Under the pieces are notes generated by a model. That model made no database searches, was not told where the DNA came from, and saw nothing but the letters and a program-made list of their open reading frames with translations. Made by a program: the position numbers and the translations under genes. This document shows, piece after piece, positions 21,887 to 31,062 of a stretch of 64,000 nucleotides of DNA; position 1 is the stretch's first letter, and each line of letters begins with the position of its first letter. The DNA comes from an uncultured Pelagibacteraceae bacterium. Its GTDB lineage: Bacteria > Pseudomonadota > Alphaproteobacteria > Pelagibacterales > AG-422-B15. Location of the stretch: NCBI GenBank assembly GCA_902517885.1, contig CABYDZ010000005.1, forward strand, positions 2,893 through 66,892, written 5' to 3'.

Positions 21887-22819
21887 TTAAATATTATCCA
21901 ATTTCTCGAAATCGCCAACTTTTGATATTGAAATTGATGTTATTTCTTTTGACATTCTTTTTACTAAATTCGTCAATACATTCCCTGGCCCAATTTCAAT
22001 AAATCTTTCCACTCCATCATTTATCATATTTGCGATTATTTCTCTCCACCTTACTTTTTTTATTATTTGCTCCACTAGAATTTTCTTTATCTCTATTTCA
22101 TCACAAGGCAAAGAAGTTACATTTGAATAAAGGGGTACATCAAAGGCTCTAAAATTGAATTTATCAATCTGATTCTGCATTATGATCGAAGCTTTCATCA
22201 TAAATTCACAATGAAAAGGGGCACTTACAGATAGCTTGATGACTTTTTTCAAACCAAGTTTTTTTGAATTTTCAACAATATAATCAATTGCTCTCATTTC
22301 ACCACTTATAACTAACTGTCCAACTGCATTATCATTGGCAATAAAAACTTTTCCTTCTGGGCTTATATCACTTATGGTAGTAGCAATCTCTTCTTCAGTT
22401 CCTCCAATAATTGCTGCCATTCCTCCAGTTCCAACTGGCATACTTTCTTGCATGGCTTTGGATCGGATCTTAAGTAATTCTACAGAATCACTAAAATTAA
22501 GTGATTTATTAGCAACTAATGCCGAATATTCGCCAAGTGAGTGACCTGCAACACAATGAAAAGAATGTTTATCTATTTTTCCACTTTCTTTTAAAGCAGC
22601 AATAATGGCAACGCTTGTTGCCAATATCGATGGTTGCGCATTTTCTGTCATGGCAAGTTCACTTTCCTCACCTTTGAATATTAAGTTTGCAAGACTTTTT
22701 CCCATTATTTTGTCCAGCTGCTTATAAATATCACGAGATGATTGAAAATTAGAATAAAAGTCGTACCCCATCCCAACGTTTTGTGAGCCCTGTCCTGGAA
22801 AAATTAATGCTGTTTTCAT
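21887..22819 (-). CDS. fabD: malonyl CoA-ACP transacylase
   Basis: 310 aa. FPGQGSQ and GHSLGEYSAL motifs. Confidence 0.95.
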   Translation of the reverse strand: MKTALIFPGQGSQNVGMGYDFYSNFQSSRDIYKQLDKIMGKSLANLIFKGEESELAMTENAQPSILATSVAIIAALKESGKIDKHSFHCVAGHSLGEYSALVANKSLNFSDSVELLKIRSKAMQESMPVGTGGMAAIIGGTEEEIATTISDISPEGKVFIANDNAVGQLVISGEMRAIDYIVENSKKLGLKKVIKLSVSAPFHCEFMMKASIIMQNQIDKFNFRAFDVPLYSNVTSLPCDEIEIKKILVEQIIKKVRWREIIANMINDGVERFIEIGPGNVLTNLVKRMSKEITSISISKVGDFEKLDNI

Positions 22820-22891
22820 CTAAAAGAATACTTGCTTAATGACTAATTATAGAATATTTATTCGGACTTTAATAATAAATATGACTAATTT

Positions 22892-23218
22892 ATGGCTCTT
22901 TTTGAACATGTGATTATACTAAAACAAGGTTTAAGTTCAAACGAACTTTCTAATGAGCTAAAAAATCATACAGATATGGTCTCTGAATTAAGCGGTAATG
23001 TCATTTACCAAGAAAGCTGGGGAATGAGAAATCTTGCTTATCCTATCAAAAACAATAAAAAAGCTTTTTATGAATTTATGAATATTGAAATGCCTCAAGA
23101 AAACATCGACTTAATGAACTCAAAATTAAATCTAAATGAAAATGTTATCAGATACTTATCTATAAAAGTTAAATCATTCAGTGAAACTCCTACATTAATG
23201 ATTAAAGAAAAGGAGTAG
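22892..23218 (+). CDS. rpsF: 30S ribosomal protein S6
   Basis: 108 aa. WGMRNLAYPI signature. First gene of the conserved rpsF-rpsR-rplI unit. Confidence 0.93.
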   Translation: MALFEHVIILKQGLSSNELSNELKNHTDMVSELSGNVIYQESWGMRNLAYPIKNNKKAFYEFMNIEMPQENIDLMNSKLNLNENVIRYLSIKVKSFSETPTLMIKEKE

Positions 23219-23224
23219 CTATTT

Positions 23225-23419
23225 ATGGATAGAAATGTAAAAAGTAACACCTCTTTTTTCGACTATAAAGATCTTTCTTCTCTCAGAAAATTCATTTCTG
23301 AAAAAGGAAAAATTACCCCTAGAAGAATAAGTTACATTTCAATAAAGAAACAAAAAGATCTTTCAAATGCAATTAAAAGAGCTAGATATCTAGCATTATT
23401 GCCATATACAGGTCGATAA
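23225..23419 (+). CDS. rpsR: 30S ribosomal protein S18 (short, 64 aa)
   Basis: [22 protein letters not shown]...[25 protein letters not shown] Shine-Dalgarno sequence 8 nt upstream. Confidence 0.9.
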   Translation: MDRNVKSNTSFFDYKDLSSLRKFISEKGKITPRRISYISIKKQKDLSNAIKRARYLALLPYTGR

Positions 23420-23865
23420 TGGATATTATACTTCTAGAATCATTAAATAAATTAGGAAAAGCTGGTGAGATTGTCACTGTTAAAGACGGTTTTGCAAAAA
23501 ATTTTTTGATACCTGAAAAAAAAGCAATTATTGCCAATAAAAAAAATAAAGCTGATTTAGAAAACCGTATCAGTCAAATAAATTCTAATAATGATAAAAA
23601 AATAGCCGAGGCAACTAAACTCAAAGAAAAGTTAGAGGGAAAGAAAATTTTGATGGACATGGAGGCAAACGATGATGGCAGTCTTTATGGTGCAGTTAGC
23701 CAAAAATCTGTAAGTGAAAGTATATTTTCTTTGCTTGGATTAAAAATCTCACCTGACGCAGTAATTCTTGATTCAATAAAAGAATTAGGTGAAACTGAAA
23801 TACAGATAGTTTTATATGAAGATATTAAAGCTAATCTTCATCTGGAAATAACAAAAAAAACTTAA
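23419..23865 (+). CDS. rplI: 50S ribosomal protein L9
   Basis: [37 protein letters not shown] overlap with rpsR. Confidence 0.93.
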   Translation: MDIILLESLNKLGKAGEIVTVKDGFAKNFLIPEKKAIIANKKNKADLENRISQINSNNDKKIAEATKLKEKLEGKKILMDMEANDDGSLYGAVSQKSVSESIFSLLGLKISPDAVILDSIKELGETEIQIVLYEDIKANLHLEITKKT

Positions 23866-23999
23866 TAATAATTCTTTACCAATTTCAAAGATTTAAAAGG
23901 CAAATATAATTCTTCATATAAAGTCTAAGAATATATTAACAAAATTGAAATACTGTTAGTATCTTTTTTTATTAATATACTGACAATTTTTTGTAATTA

Positions 24000-25472
24000 A
24001 TGTTAATTGACTCAATGTCCAATACATTTCAAATCCAATCTAATAGTGCTTCCACAAAGCAGCTTCCACACAATATGGAGGCTGAACAAGGATTGCTTGG
24101 CGCTATACTGATTAACAATGAAATATTTTACGATATAAGTGAAATAGTAAATTCTGAACATTTCTATGAACCGGTTCATAGAATTATATTTGAAGTAATG
24201 AATAAAATGGTTTCTAAAGGTCAGATTGCATCACCTATTACTTTGCAGAGTTATTTTGAAATTGAAAAAAATCTAGAAGAAATAGGTGGATCAAATTACC
24301 TATTTAGACTTGCGAATTCAGCAGTTTCTTTGGAATATGCAAAAAGCTATGCTCAGATAATTTATGATATGGCTGTAAGAAGGGGGCTTTATGAGCTTGG
24401 AGGCAAGGTTCAACATGACGCTATTGAAAGTGATATGGATGTAAAACCCGGAGATCTCATTGAAGATGCAGAAAAAGACCTTTATCAGATATCGGAAAAA
24501 GGAACTACAAAAAATAAGGTTCAATCATTTAGAAGTTCAGTTGAAGAGGCTATTGAGCTTACCACTAAAGCATTTAAGAAAGATACGAGTGTGATTGGTC
24601 TATCCTCTGGATTTAGGGATCTTGATGCCAAATTAGGAGGATTCCATTCTTCTGATTTAATCATAATTGCCGGAAGACCATCTATGGGAAAAACTGCATT
24701 AGCGACAAATATGGCATTCAATATTGCAAAGGAAGCACATAGTAATAATGATATGGACTTAAGTGTTCTATTCTTTTCACTTGAAATGTCATCAGAGCAA
24801 CTAGCTAGAAGAATTTTATCTGAAGAGGCAAGAATAAGTTCTAATGATATGAGGAAAGGTGATTTATCTGAAAATGATTTAGATAATTTAGTATCAGTGT
24901 CAAAAAAAATTTTGGAGATACCTCTATTCATTGATGATACGCCCGCAATAAATATTGGAACACTTGCTTCTAGGGCAAGAAGACTTAAACGTAAGCATGG
25001 ACTAGGTGCAATTGTTATAGATTATCTGCAGTTATTAAGACCCAGCAAGATATCTAGAAATGAGTCCAGGGTTCTTGAACTCTCTGAAATCACTCAAGGA
25101 TTAAAAGCTCTAGCGAAAGAAATGAATATTCCTGTAATAGCCTTATCACAATTATCAAGACAAGTGGAACAAAGAGAAGATAAAAAACCTTTATTGTCGG
25201 ATTTACGAGAATCAGGTTCTATCGAGCAAGATTCTGATGTGGTAATGTTCATTTATAGAGAAGAATACTATTTAGAAAAAAGTGAACCTGCACTTGGTAC
25301 AGCAGATTACATTGAATGGCAGCAAAAAATGGATGAAATTCATGGCCAAGCTGAACTTCTCATATCAAAACAAAGGCATGGACCTACAGGAAATATAAGA
25401 CTAAGCTTTGAAAGTAAGTTTACAAAGTTTGGGAACTATATTAGCAAAGATCACTCAAACAGTTATGAGTAA
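24000..25472 (+). CDS. dnaB: replicative DNA helicase
   Basis: 490 aa. PHNMEAEQGLLGAIL, GRPSMGKTALA Walker A, IDYLQLL, SQLSRQVEQRED, ELLISKQRHGPTG. Confidence 0.96.
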   Translation: MLIDSMSNTFQIQSNSASTKQLPHNMEAEQGLLGAILINNEIFYDISEIVNSEHFYEPVHRIIFEVMNKMVSKGQIASPITLQSYFEIEKNLEEIGGSNYLFRLANSAVSLEYAKSYAQIIYDMAVRRGLYELGGKVQHDAIESDMDVKPGDLIEDAEKDLYQISEKGTTKNKVQSFRSSVEEAIELTTKAFKKDTSVIGLSSGFRDLDAKLGGFHSSDLIIIAGRPSMGKTALATNMAFNIAKEAHSNNDMDLSVLFFSLEMSSEQLARRILSEEARISSNDMRKGDLSENDLDNLVSVSKKILEIPLFIDDTPAINIGTLASRARRLKRKHGLGAIVIDYLQLLRPSKISRNESRVLELSEITQGLKALAKEMNIPVIALSQLSRQVEQREDKKPLLSDLRESGSIEQDSDVVMFIYREEYYLEKSEPALGTADYIEWQQKMDEIHGQAELLISKQRHGPTGNIRLSFESKFTKFGNYISKDHSNSYE

Positions 25473-25483
25473 AGTCTTTCAAA

Positions 25484-26584
25484 ATGAAAAATGTTGATCA
25501 AAATACTTTTTTAGATATTGACTTAAGATCCCTAGGTGACAATTACTTAAAAATCAAAAAGAAAGTAAATAGAAATTGCATAGTTGCAGCAACTGTAAAA
25601 TCAAATGCATATGGCCTTGGAATTAATAAGGTTCTGCCTGCGCTAATTAGATCAAAATGTAAACATTTCTTTGTAGCTTCCACCGATGAAGCTGTGGAAA
25701 TAAGAAAAATAAATAAGAAAGTAGAAGTGTATATTCTAAATGGTTTAGTTTTAGATAACTTAAATATAATAAGTAAATACAAATTAATACCTGTAATCAA
25801 TAATTTGAAACAACTTAAGAAAATAGAGCGCTATCAAAGTAAATTTAATAAAAAACTCAAGATTGCAATTCATTTTGATACTGGTATGTCGCGACTTGGT
25901 TTAGATAAAAATGAATCTGCCAATCTAATTAGAAACCAATCAGAATTAATTAAAAACTCAGATCTAGTTTTAATAATGAGCCACTTAGCTTGCGCTGATG
26001 ATCCGAAAAAAAAGAAAAATCAAATTCAATTAAAGGAATTTGATAAAATAAGAATACACTTTCCAAATTGTCTTCACAGTATATCAAACTCCGGAGGGGT
26101 GTTGCTGGGCAAAAAATATAATCTTGATATGGTTAGGCCGGGAATATCTCTTTATGGGGGGAATTGTCAAATCAGAGAGAGAAAGCATTACAAAAATGTA
26201 GTCTCTTTAAAGAGCAAATTGATTCAAACAAGGGAAATAAATAAAGGCGATACCGTAGGCTATGGAGCTACATTTAAAGCAAGGAAAAAGATGAAAGTTG
26301 GGACTTTTGCCATTGGTTATGGTGATGGATTCAGTAGACTCTTTTCAAATAATTGTAAAATTTATTTAAATAATAAACGAATTAATTTGATTGGAAGAGT
26401 CTCAATGGACTTAGTAACAGTTGATTTGACAGATTTTATAAACTTAGAACAAATAACTAATAAAGAGTTTGAATTCATTGGAAATAAGAACCCTATCAAT
26501 AAATTGTGTGAGAGCATAAATACAATACCATATGAGATTTTAACAAACCTAGGCAAAAGATACCAAAGAAGATATATTTCATAA
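25484..26584 (+). CDS. alr: alanine racemase
   Basis: 366 aa. VKSNAYGLG PLP-lysine motif, MSHLACAD, VGYGATF. Conserved dnaB-alr adjacency. Confidence 0.93.
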   Translation: MKNVDQNTFLDIDLRSLGDNYLKIKKKVNRNCIVAATVKSNAYGLGINKVLPALIRSKCKHFFVASTDEAVEIRKINKKVEVYILNGLVLDNLNIISKYKLIPVINNLKQLKKIERYQSKFNKKLKIAIHFDTGMSRLGLDKNESANLIRNQSELIKNSDLVLIMSHLACADDPKKKKNQIQLKEFDKIRIHFPNCLHSISNSGGVLLGKKYNLDMVRPGISLYGGNCQIRERKHYKNVVSLKSKLIQTREINKGDTVGYGATFKARKKMKVGTFAIGYGDGFSRLFSNNCKIYLNNKRINLIGRVSMDLVTVDLTDFINLEQITNKEFEFIGNKNPINKLCESINTIPYEILTNLGKRYQRRYIS

Positions 26585-26587
26585 GTA

Positions 26588-29038
26588 ATGAAAAAAGTAT
26601 TTTCGTCAGTTCTTGATAAATATTCAAAATTATCTTTGTTTCTATTTATAGCAATCGCTTTTTTTTTCCTATTTAACTCAGATAATTTTCAACTTGACGC
26701 ATCTTCTGATACTCTTATCTTAGAACAAGATGATGATTTAAAAAGATATCAAGAGTTAATTAATGACTATGATTCAAGTGACTTTTTAATTGTTACGTTC
26801 ACGTCAAAACAGAAATTTATTAAAAAGCAAAATCTTGATTTTTTAGATTCTTTCATTACAGAAATTGAAAATCTTCCTTTTGTTGATTCAACTCAATCAA
26901 TTTTTGACGCACCATTATTAGAAATTAATAATCAATCTTTATCAGATCTAGTAAATGAAATAATTACAATTAAATCACCACAAGTAAATATCGCTGATGC
27001 TGAGATAGAATTACTTAATAGTCCAATTTTCAAAAACTTAATTATTAGTGAAGATGCGACCACTACAGGCTTGCTAATTAATCTAAAAAAGAATCTTGAT
27101 TTCGATACAATAGTAAATGAAAGAATAAGGCTTAATGAGTTAGTTGAAAAAAATGATGCTGAGCGTGAACTTTTATCCCAACTAGACTTCAAATATGAAA
27201 TTGAAAAAAAGAAACAGGATAAAGAGAGAGAAAATAATATTTTAATTATCAGAACAATAATTGAGCAATTCAAAGATAAGAATATTAAAATTCATCTGGG
27301 AGGAGTTTCAATGATTGCAAATGATACTATCGCATTCGTAAAAAATGATATTATTATTTTCGGCATCGGAGCCTTTATTTTTATATTAATTGTGCTCTAT
27401 CTTGTTTTTAGAAGCCCTTTGTGGATGATTGCATGTATAGCTAATTGTATATTCATTTTAATTACTATGATCGGGTCTATTTCGCTACTTGGATGGAAAG
27501 TTACTGTTATTTCATCAAATTTTATCATGCTTATTTTGATCTTATCTTTATCAATGACCGTACATATAGTTGTAAGGTATCGGCAAATAAGTTTAGAGAA
27601 TGAAAAATCTACAATTAATCAAAATATTATACGTGCAATTGGAAAAATGTATAAGCCATGTCTATTTGCAGCTATAACAACTATTTTTGCATTTGGGTCG
27701 CTTTATACAAGTGGAATTAAGCCAGTTATGGATTTTGGCCTAATGATGTGCATGGGTCTAACTATCACATATGTATCCAGCTTTATTTTCTTACCAATTT
27801 TGATATCAGTCTTAAATTTAAAAAGTACAGCTCTATTGAATAAAAATAATAGTAAAGATGTATTTTCTATCTTATCGATCAAATTCCCAGTATTGACATT
27901 ATTATTTTTTACATCTTTGTTTGCTATTGGCATATATGGAGCAAGTACTCTTAAAGTAGAAAATAGTTTTGTTAATTACTTTAAAGAAGATACTGAAATA
28001 TACAAAGGAATGAAATTGATTGATGAACAATTGGGTGGAACTACTCCCTTGGATATTATTGTTCAATTCAAAGATGAGTCAAATGATGATTTGTCTTTAG
28101 ATGAGGAAGATTTTATAGATTTTGGAATTGATTATGATCCTTCAGACTACTGGTTTACTAAAGAAAAAATTGACAATGTTAAGAGTATTCATGACTATCT
28201 AGAAACGTATGATTTTGTAGGTAAAGTACTTTCATTGGCATCCATTATAAGAACTGCTGAAAAACTTAATTCAAATCAAGAATTTGATACTCTTGAACTC
28301 TCAGTCTTATACAAAAAATTACCACAAGATATTAAAGATCAAATTTTAAAACCCTATGTGTTGATAGATAAAAATCAGGCAAGAATATCTCTACGTGTAA
28401 TCGATACTCATCCTGAGTTAAAAAGAGCAAATTTCGTTAATGAGCTTAGAGAACATATTGAATCAAATTATAACAATCAAAATATTGAGGTAAGTCTTAC
28501 TGGAATACTAATTTTGTACAATAACATGCTGCAAAGCCTTTTTGACTCTCAAATTAAATCTTTGGGAATTGTTTTAATGGGAATATTTATAATATTAATT
28601 ATTTTATTCCGATCATTTAAAATAGCTTTAGCTGCTTTGATACCAAATTTAGTCGCCTGTTTTGTTATATTGGGAACTATGGGATTATTGAATATACCCC
28701 TAGATTTGATGACAATTACGATTGCCTCGATTACGATCGGAATAGCGGTAGATAATTGCATACATTATGTTTATAGGTATCGTGAATATATTGCGATAAC
28801 TGGATCACACTCAGATGCGGTCAATAACTGCCAGAAAACAGTTAGTACTGCAATCAAAAATACTTCAGTAACTATTATGGCAGGTTTCTCAATTTTGGTA
28901 TTTTCTAATTTTTACCCTACAATATACTTTGGAGCATTTACAGCACTTGCAATGTTTATTGCTTTAGTTGGAAGTCTTACTATCTTGCCAATATTACTCG
29001 GATATTTTAATAAAAATTCATATGATGAACGAACTTAA
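26588..29038 (+). CDS. MMPL/RND-superfamily exporter, substrate unknown
   Basis: 816 aa. Two bundles of about 6 TM helices each preceded by a soluble loop. The second bundle carries ..ITIASITIGIAVDNCIHYVYRY, typical of MMPL/HpnN-like proteins. Confidence 0.85.
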   Translation: MKKVFSSVLDKYSKLSLFLFIAIAFFFLFNSDNFQLDASSDTLILEQDDDLKRYQELINDYDSSDFLIVTFTSKQKFIKKQNLDFLDSFITEIENLPFVDSTQSIFDAPLLEINNQSLSDLVNEIITIKSPQVNIADAEIELLNSPIFKNLIISEDATTTGLLINLKKNLDFDTIVNERIRLNELVEKNDAERELLSQLDFKYEIEKKKQDKERENNILIIRTIIEQFKDKNIKIHLGGVSMIANDTIAFVKNDIIIFGIGAFIFILIVLYLVFRSPLWMIACIANCIFILITMIGSISLLGWKVTVISSNFIMLILILSLSMTVHIVVRYRQISLENEKSTINQNIIRAIGKMYKPCLFAAITTIFAFGSLYTSGIKPVMDFGLMMCMGLTITYVSSFIFLPILISVLNLKSTALLNKNNSKDVFSILSIKFPVLTLLFFTSLFAIGIYGASTLKVENSFVNYFKEDTEIYKGMKLIDEQLGGTTPLDIIVQFKDESNDDLSLDEEDFIDFGIDYDPSDYWFTKEKIDNVKSIHDYLETYDFVGKVLSLASIIRTAEKLNSNQEFDTLELSVLYKKLPQDIKDQILKPYVLIDKNQARISLRVIDTHPELKRANFVNELREHIESNYNNQNIEVSLTGILILYNNMLQSLFDSQIKSLGIVLMGIFIILIILFRSFKIALAALIPNLVACFVILGTMGLLNIPLDLMTITIASITIGIAVDNCIHYVYRYREYIAITGSHSDAVNNCQKTVSTAIKNTSVTIMAGFSILVFSNFYPTIYFGAFTALAMFIALVGSLTILPILLGYFNKNSYDERT

Positions 29039-29540
29039 TTATTCTCAATTTCTCAATGCTTTTGACATTACTTTCCTAATCATTTGCCTAATATCATTTT
29101 TTTTTGGTATTAAAAATGGATTATTAAAAAGTTTTTTTAATTTAATCAAGTGGATACTAATATTTTTTATACTTAAAAATTGTTTTGCCTTATTAAGGCC
29201 TGTTGCAGATCAATATATTACTAATGAAACTTTATCTGATATAACAATATTTCTAATAACCCTCATAACCTCATATATATTTATTTCATTCTTACAGAGA
29301 CTTTTTATTGGTTTTTTACAGCCTAAAAAAAAGGGGCTTGTTGATATGGGGTTTGGAGGGGTCCTGGGCATTTTCAGGGGGTATATTATAGTTGTGATAA
29401 CTTTGTTTTTTATAAATCAGAATATATCTTCTAGCTTATTAAATGACTTTATGGCTAGCAGCTCATTTGCTGAAATGATAAATATCGGAGTAGATTTTTT
29501 TGAACATATGCCAAGAAATTTAGACGAAATAGGTATTTAA
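29022..29540 (+). CDS. cvpA: CvpA-family membrane protein
   Basis: The first ATG of the ORF is 29022 (ORF-track start 28968 is TTG). FDITFLIICLISFFFGIKNGLLKSFFNLI and four TM segments, as in colicin V production protein CvpA. Confidence 0.8.
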   Translation: MMNELNYSQFLNAFDITFLIICLISFFFGIKNGLLKSFFNLIKWILIFFILKNCFALLRPVADQYITNETLSDITIFLITLITSYIFISFLQRLFIGFLQPKKKGLVDMGFGGVLGIFRGYIIVVITLFFINQNISSSLLNDFMASSSFAEMINIGVDFFEHMPRNLDEIGI

Positions 29541-29542
29541 AC

Positions 29543-30232
29543 ATGAGAAATCTAAACTGTCTTATTACAGGCGCCTCATCTGGAATTGGGGCAAGTATTG
29601 CTCAGGAGTTATCAAAGTCAGTTAAACACATATATATTTTGTCACGCAATACATCTAAATTAGAAGAGATAAATGATAAAATAATTTCAAATGGATGTGA
29701 ATGTACAATTGTTCCAATTGATTTATGTGAACCTAATGTGATAGAAAATCTTTCTGAAGAAATATTTAAAAAAGATAGATTTTTAGATATTATTGTTTCA
29801 TCTGCGGGCCAAATAACTAAATTATCGCCAGTAGAGTCAATTGATTTAAATGAATTCAATGACACTATCAAGTTAAACTATATTTCTAATTTTAGAATTA
29901 TGAAACATTTTCACCCATTACTAAAAAATTCTAAGAAATCTAACTTTATTATTATCTCTTCAATTAAAAATGAAATGCAGTCCCAATATTGGGGCATATA
30001 TCAACCAATCATGACGGCTTTAAATGAATTAGTCATTAGTTTTGCCAATGAAAATAAAGGTACCTCTATAAATGCTAATATTATCTACCCAGGTGCAGTA
30101 AATACTAAATTTAGAGAAAATATCATGCCTGGCGAGGATAAAAGTAGCATAAAGGATCCGGTCGACTTAGCAAGAGAGGTAGTAAACTTCTTGCTATCAA
30201 ATGAAAAAAGTGGCGGAATTATTAATCTTTAG
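29543..30232 (+). CDS. short-chain dehydrogenase/reductase family protein with an atypical active site
   Basis: TGASSGIG cofactor motif, SSAG, IIISS, PGAVNT. Where YxxxK is expected the sequence is YQPIM (Lys replaced by Met). Confidence 0.8.
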   Translation: MRNLNCLITGASSGIGASIAQELSKSVKHIYILSRNTSKLEEINDKIISNGCECTIVPIDLCEPNVIENLSEEIFKKDRFLDIIVSSAGQITKLSPVESIDLNEFNDTIKLNYISNFRIMKHFHPLLKNSKKSNFIIISSIKNEMQSQYWGIYQPIMTALNELVISFANENKGTSINANIIYPGAVNTKFRENIMPGEDKSSIKDPVDLAREVVNFLLSNEKSGGIINL

Positions 30233-31062
30233 TCTGAATAAGGATTGTTAGAGCTTATAAATTGATAAGAAATAGGCACTCCTTTTATTTTAAAAAAATC
30301 CCTGAATGCATTATCAAAGAATCTTTGAAAGATAAAAGGTGCTTTCTTTTTTGAATTAATAAAGACCTTAAAAAGTGGAGCGCCAGTCTTTATTTGCACA
30401 ATGTACTTTGGCTTAATTTCTCTTTTTTTAATTTTTGGATATTTTGATTGTTTGTTTAAATAATTAAGAAATTTATTTAAATTTGTTTTTGTGATTTCAG
30501 TGTGGACAAGTTTATTTTTGGCTATAATTTGTTTTATAAAATTCTTAATTCTAATATTTTTCTTTGCAGAAATGAAATCTGTGTTTATCATTTGATATTG
30601 ACTGTAATTGTTACTTAGATATTTATCTATCTTAGCTTTAAATTTCTTTCCCTCATCAATAAGATCCATCTTATTAAACAAAAAAAATACTATCTTTTTT
30701 TTTGTTATTGCCAAATCAGCCAGCCTAAAATCTTGCTTGGTAATATTTTCAACAGAATCTATAAGCAAGATTACTACGTCAACCTTGTCAACAAGTGTTA
30801 TAACTTCCTTGTTTCTATTCTTTTCATCCAGATCATTGATCTTACTTTTTCGTCTCAGTCCTGGAGTATCAAATATTGTAAAATCGTAACTATACAAAGT
30901 AAATTTATCTTTATACAAATTCTTTGTAAGTCCGTATTCATCACCTACCGGAGAAATACTGTCTTTAAGCAAACAATTAAATAAAGTTGATTTACCTGAA
31001 TTTGGCTTGCCAATAATACAAAAATTTATTTTATTCAAAATGGAAGACATTAGAATTTTCAT
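30229..31062 (-). CDS. der: ribosome-associated GTPase Der/EngA homologue with a single G domain plus a KH-like domain
   Basis: 277 aa. G1 GKPNSGKS, G3 DTPG, G4 NKMD. The C-terminus ..KPKYIVQIKTGAPLFKVFIN..FFDNAFRDFFKIKGVPISYQF matches the Der KH-like domain. Conserved yfgM-bamB-der context. An alternative ATG lies at 31050. Confidence 0.8.
   Translation of the reverse strand: MKILMSSILNKINFCIIGKPNSGKSTLFNCLLKDSISPVGDEYGLTKNLYKDKFTLYSYDFTIFDTPGLRRKSKINDLDEKNRNKEVITLVDKVDVVILLIDSVENITKQDFRLADLAITKKKIVFFLFNKMDLIDEGKKFKAKIDKYLSNNYSQYQMINTDFISAKKNIRIKNFIKQIIAKNKLVHTEITKTNLNKFLNYLNKQSKYPKIKKREIKPKYIVQIKTGAPLFKVFINSKKKAPFIFQRFFDNAFRDFFKIKGVPISYQFISSNNPYSD

Noticed and set aside
23950-23970. Hairpin ATACT-GTT-AGTAT followed by C and T7 downstream of rplI, a possible terminator.
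   Set aside because: The stem is only 5 bp, all but one pair A:T, with a 3-nt loop. That is too weak to call, although the T-run is in the right place.
24521-24931. 136-aa ORF on the - strand inside dnaB. There are similar antisense ORFs at 10076-10393, 26932-27273, 34618-34953, 54387-54680 and elsewhere.
   Set aside because: All are fully embedded antisense to genes with clear family signatures and have low-complexity composition. I treat them as chance open frames.
30229-31062. Alternative identity of the 277-aa GTPase as Era or EngB/YihA.
   Set aside because: The C-terminal ~100 aa match the Der KH-like domain pattern (..PPxF..F.N...Y.R.L.N..R..F...G.PI..), not the Era KH domain. EngB lacks any such domain. 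The bamB-der synteny supports Der.
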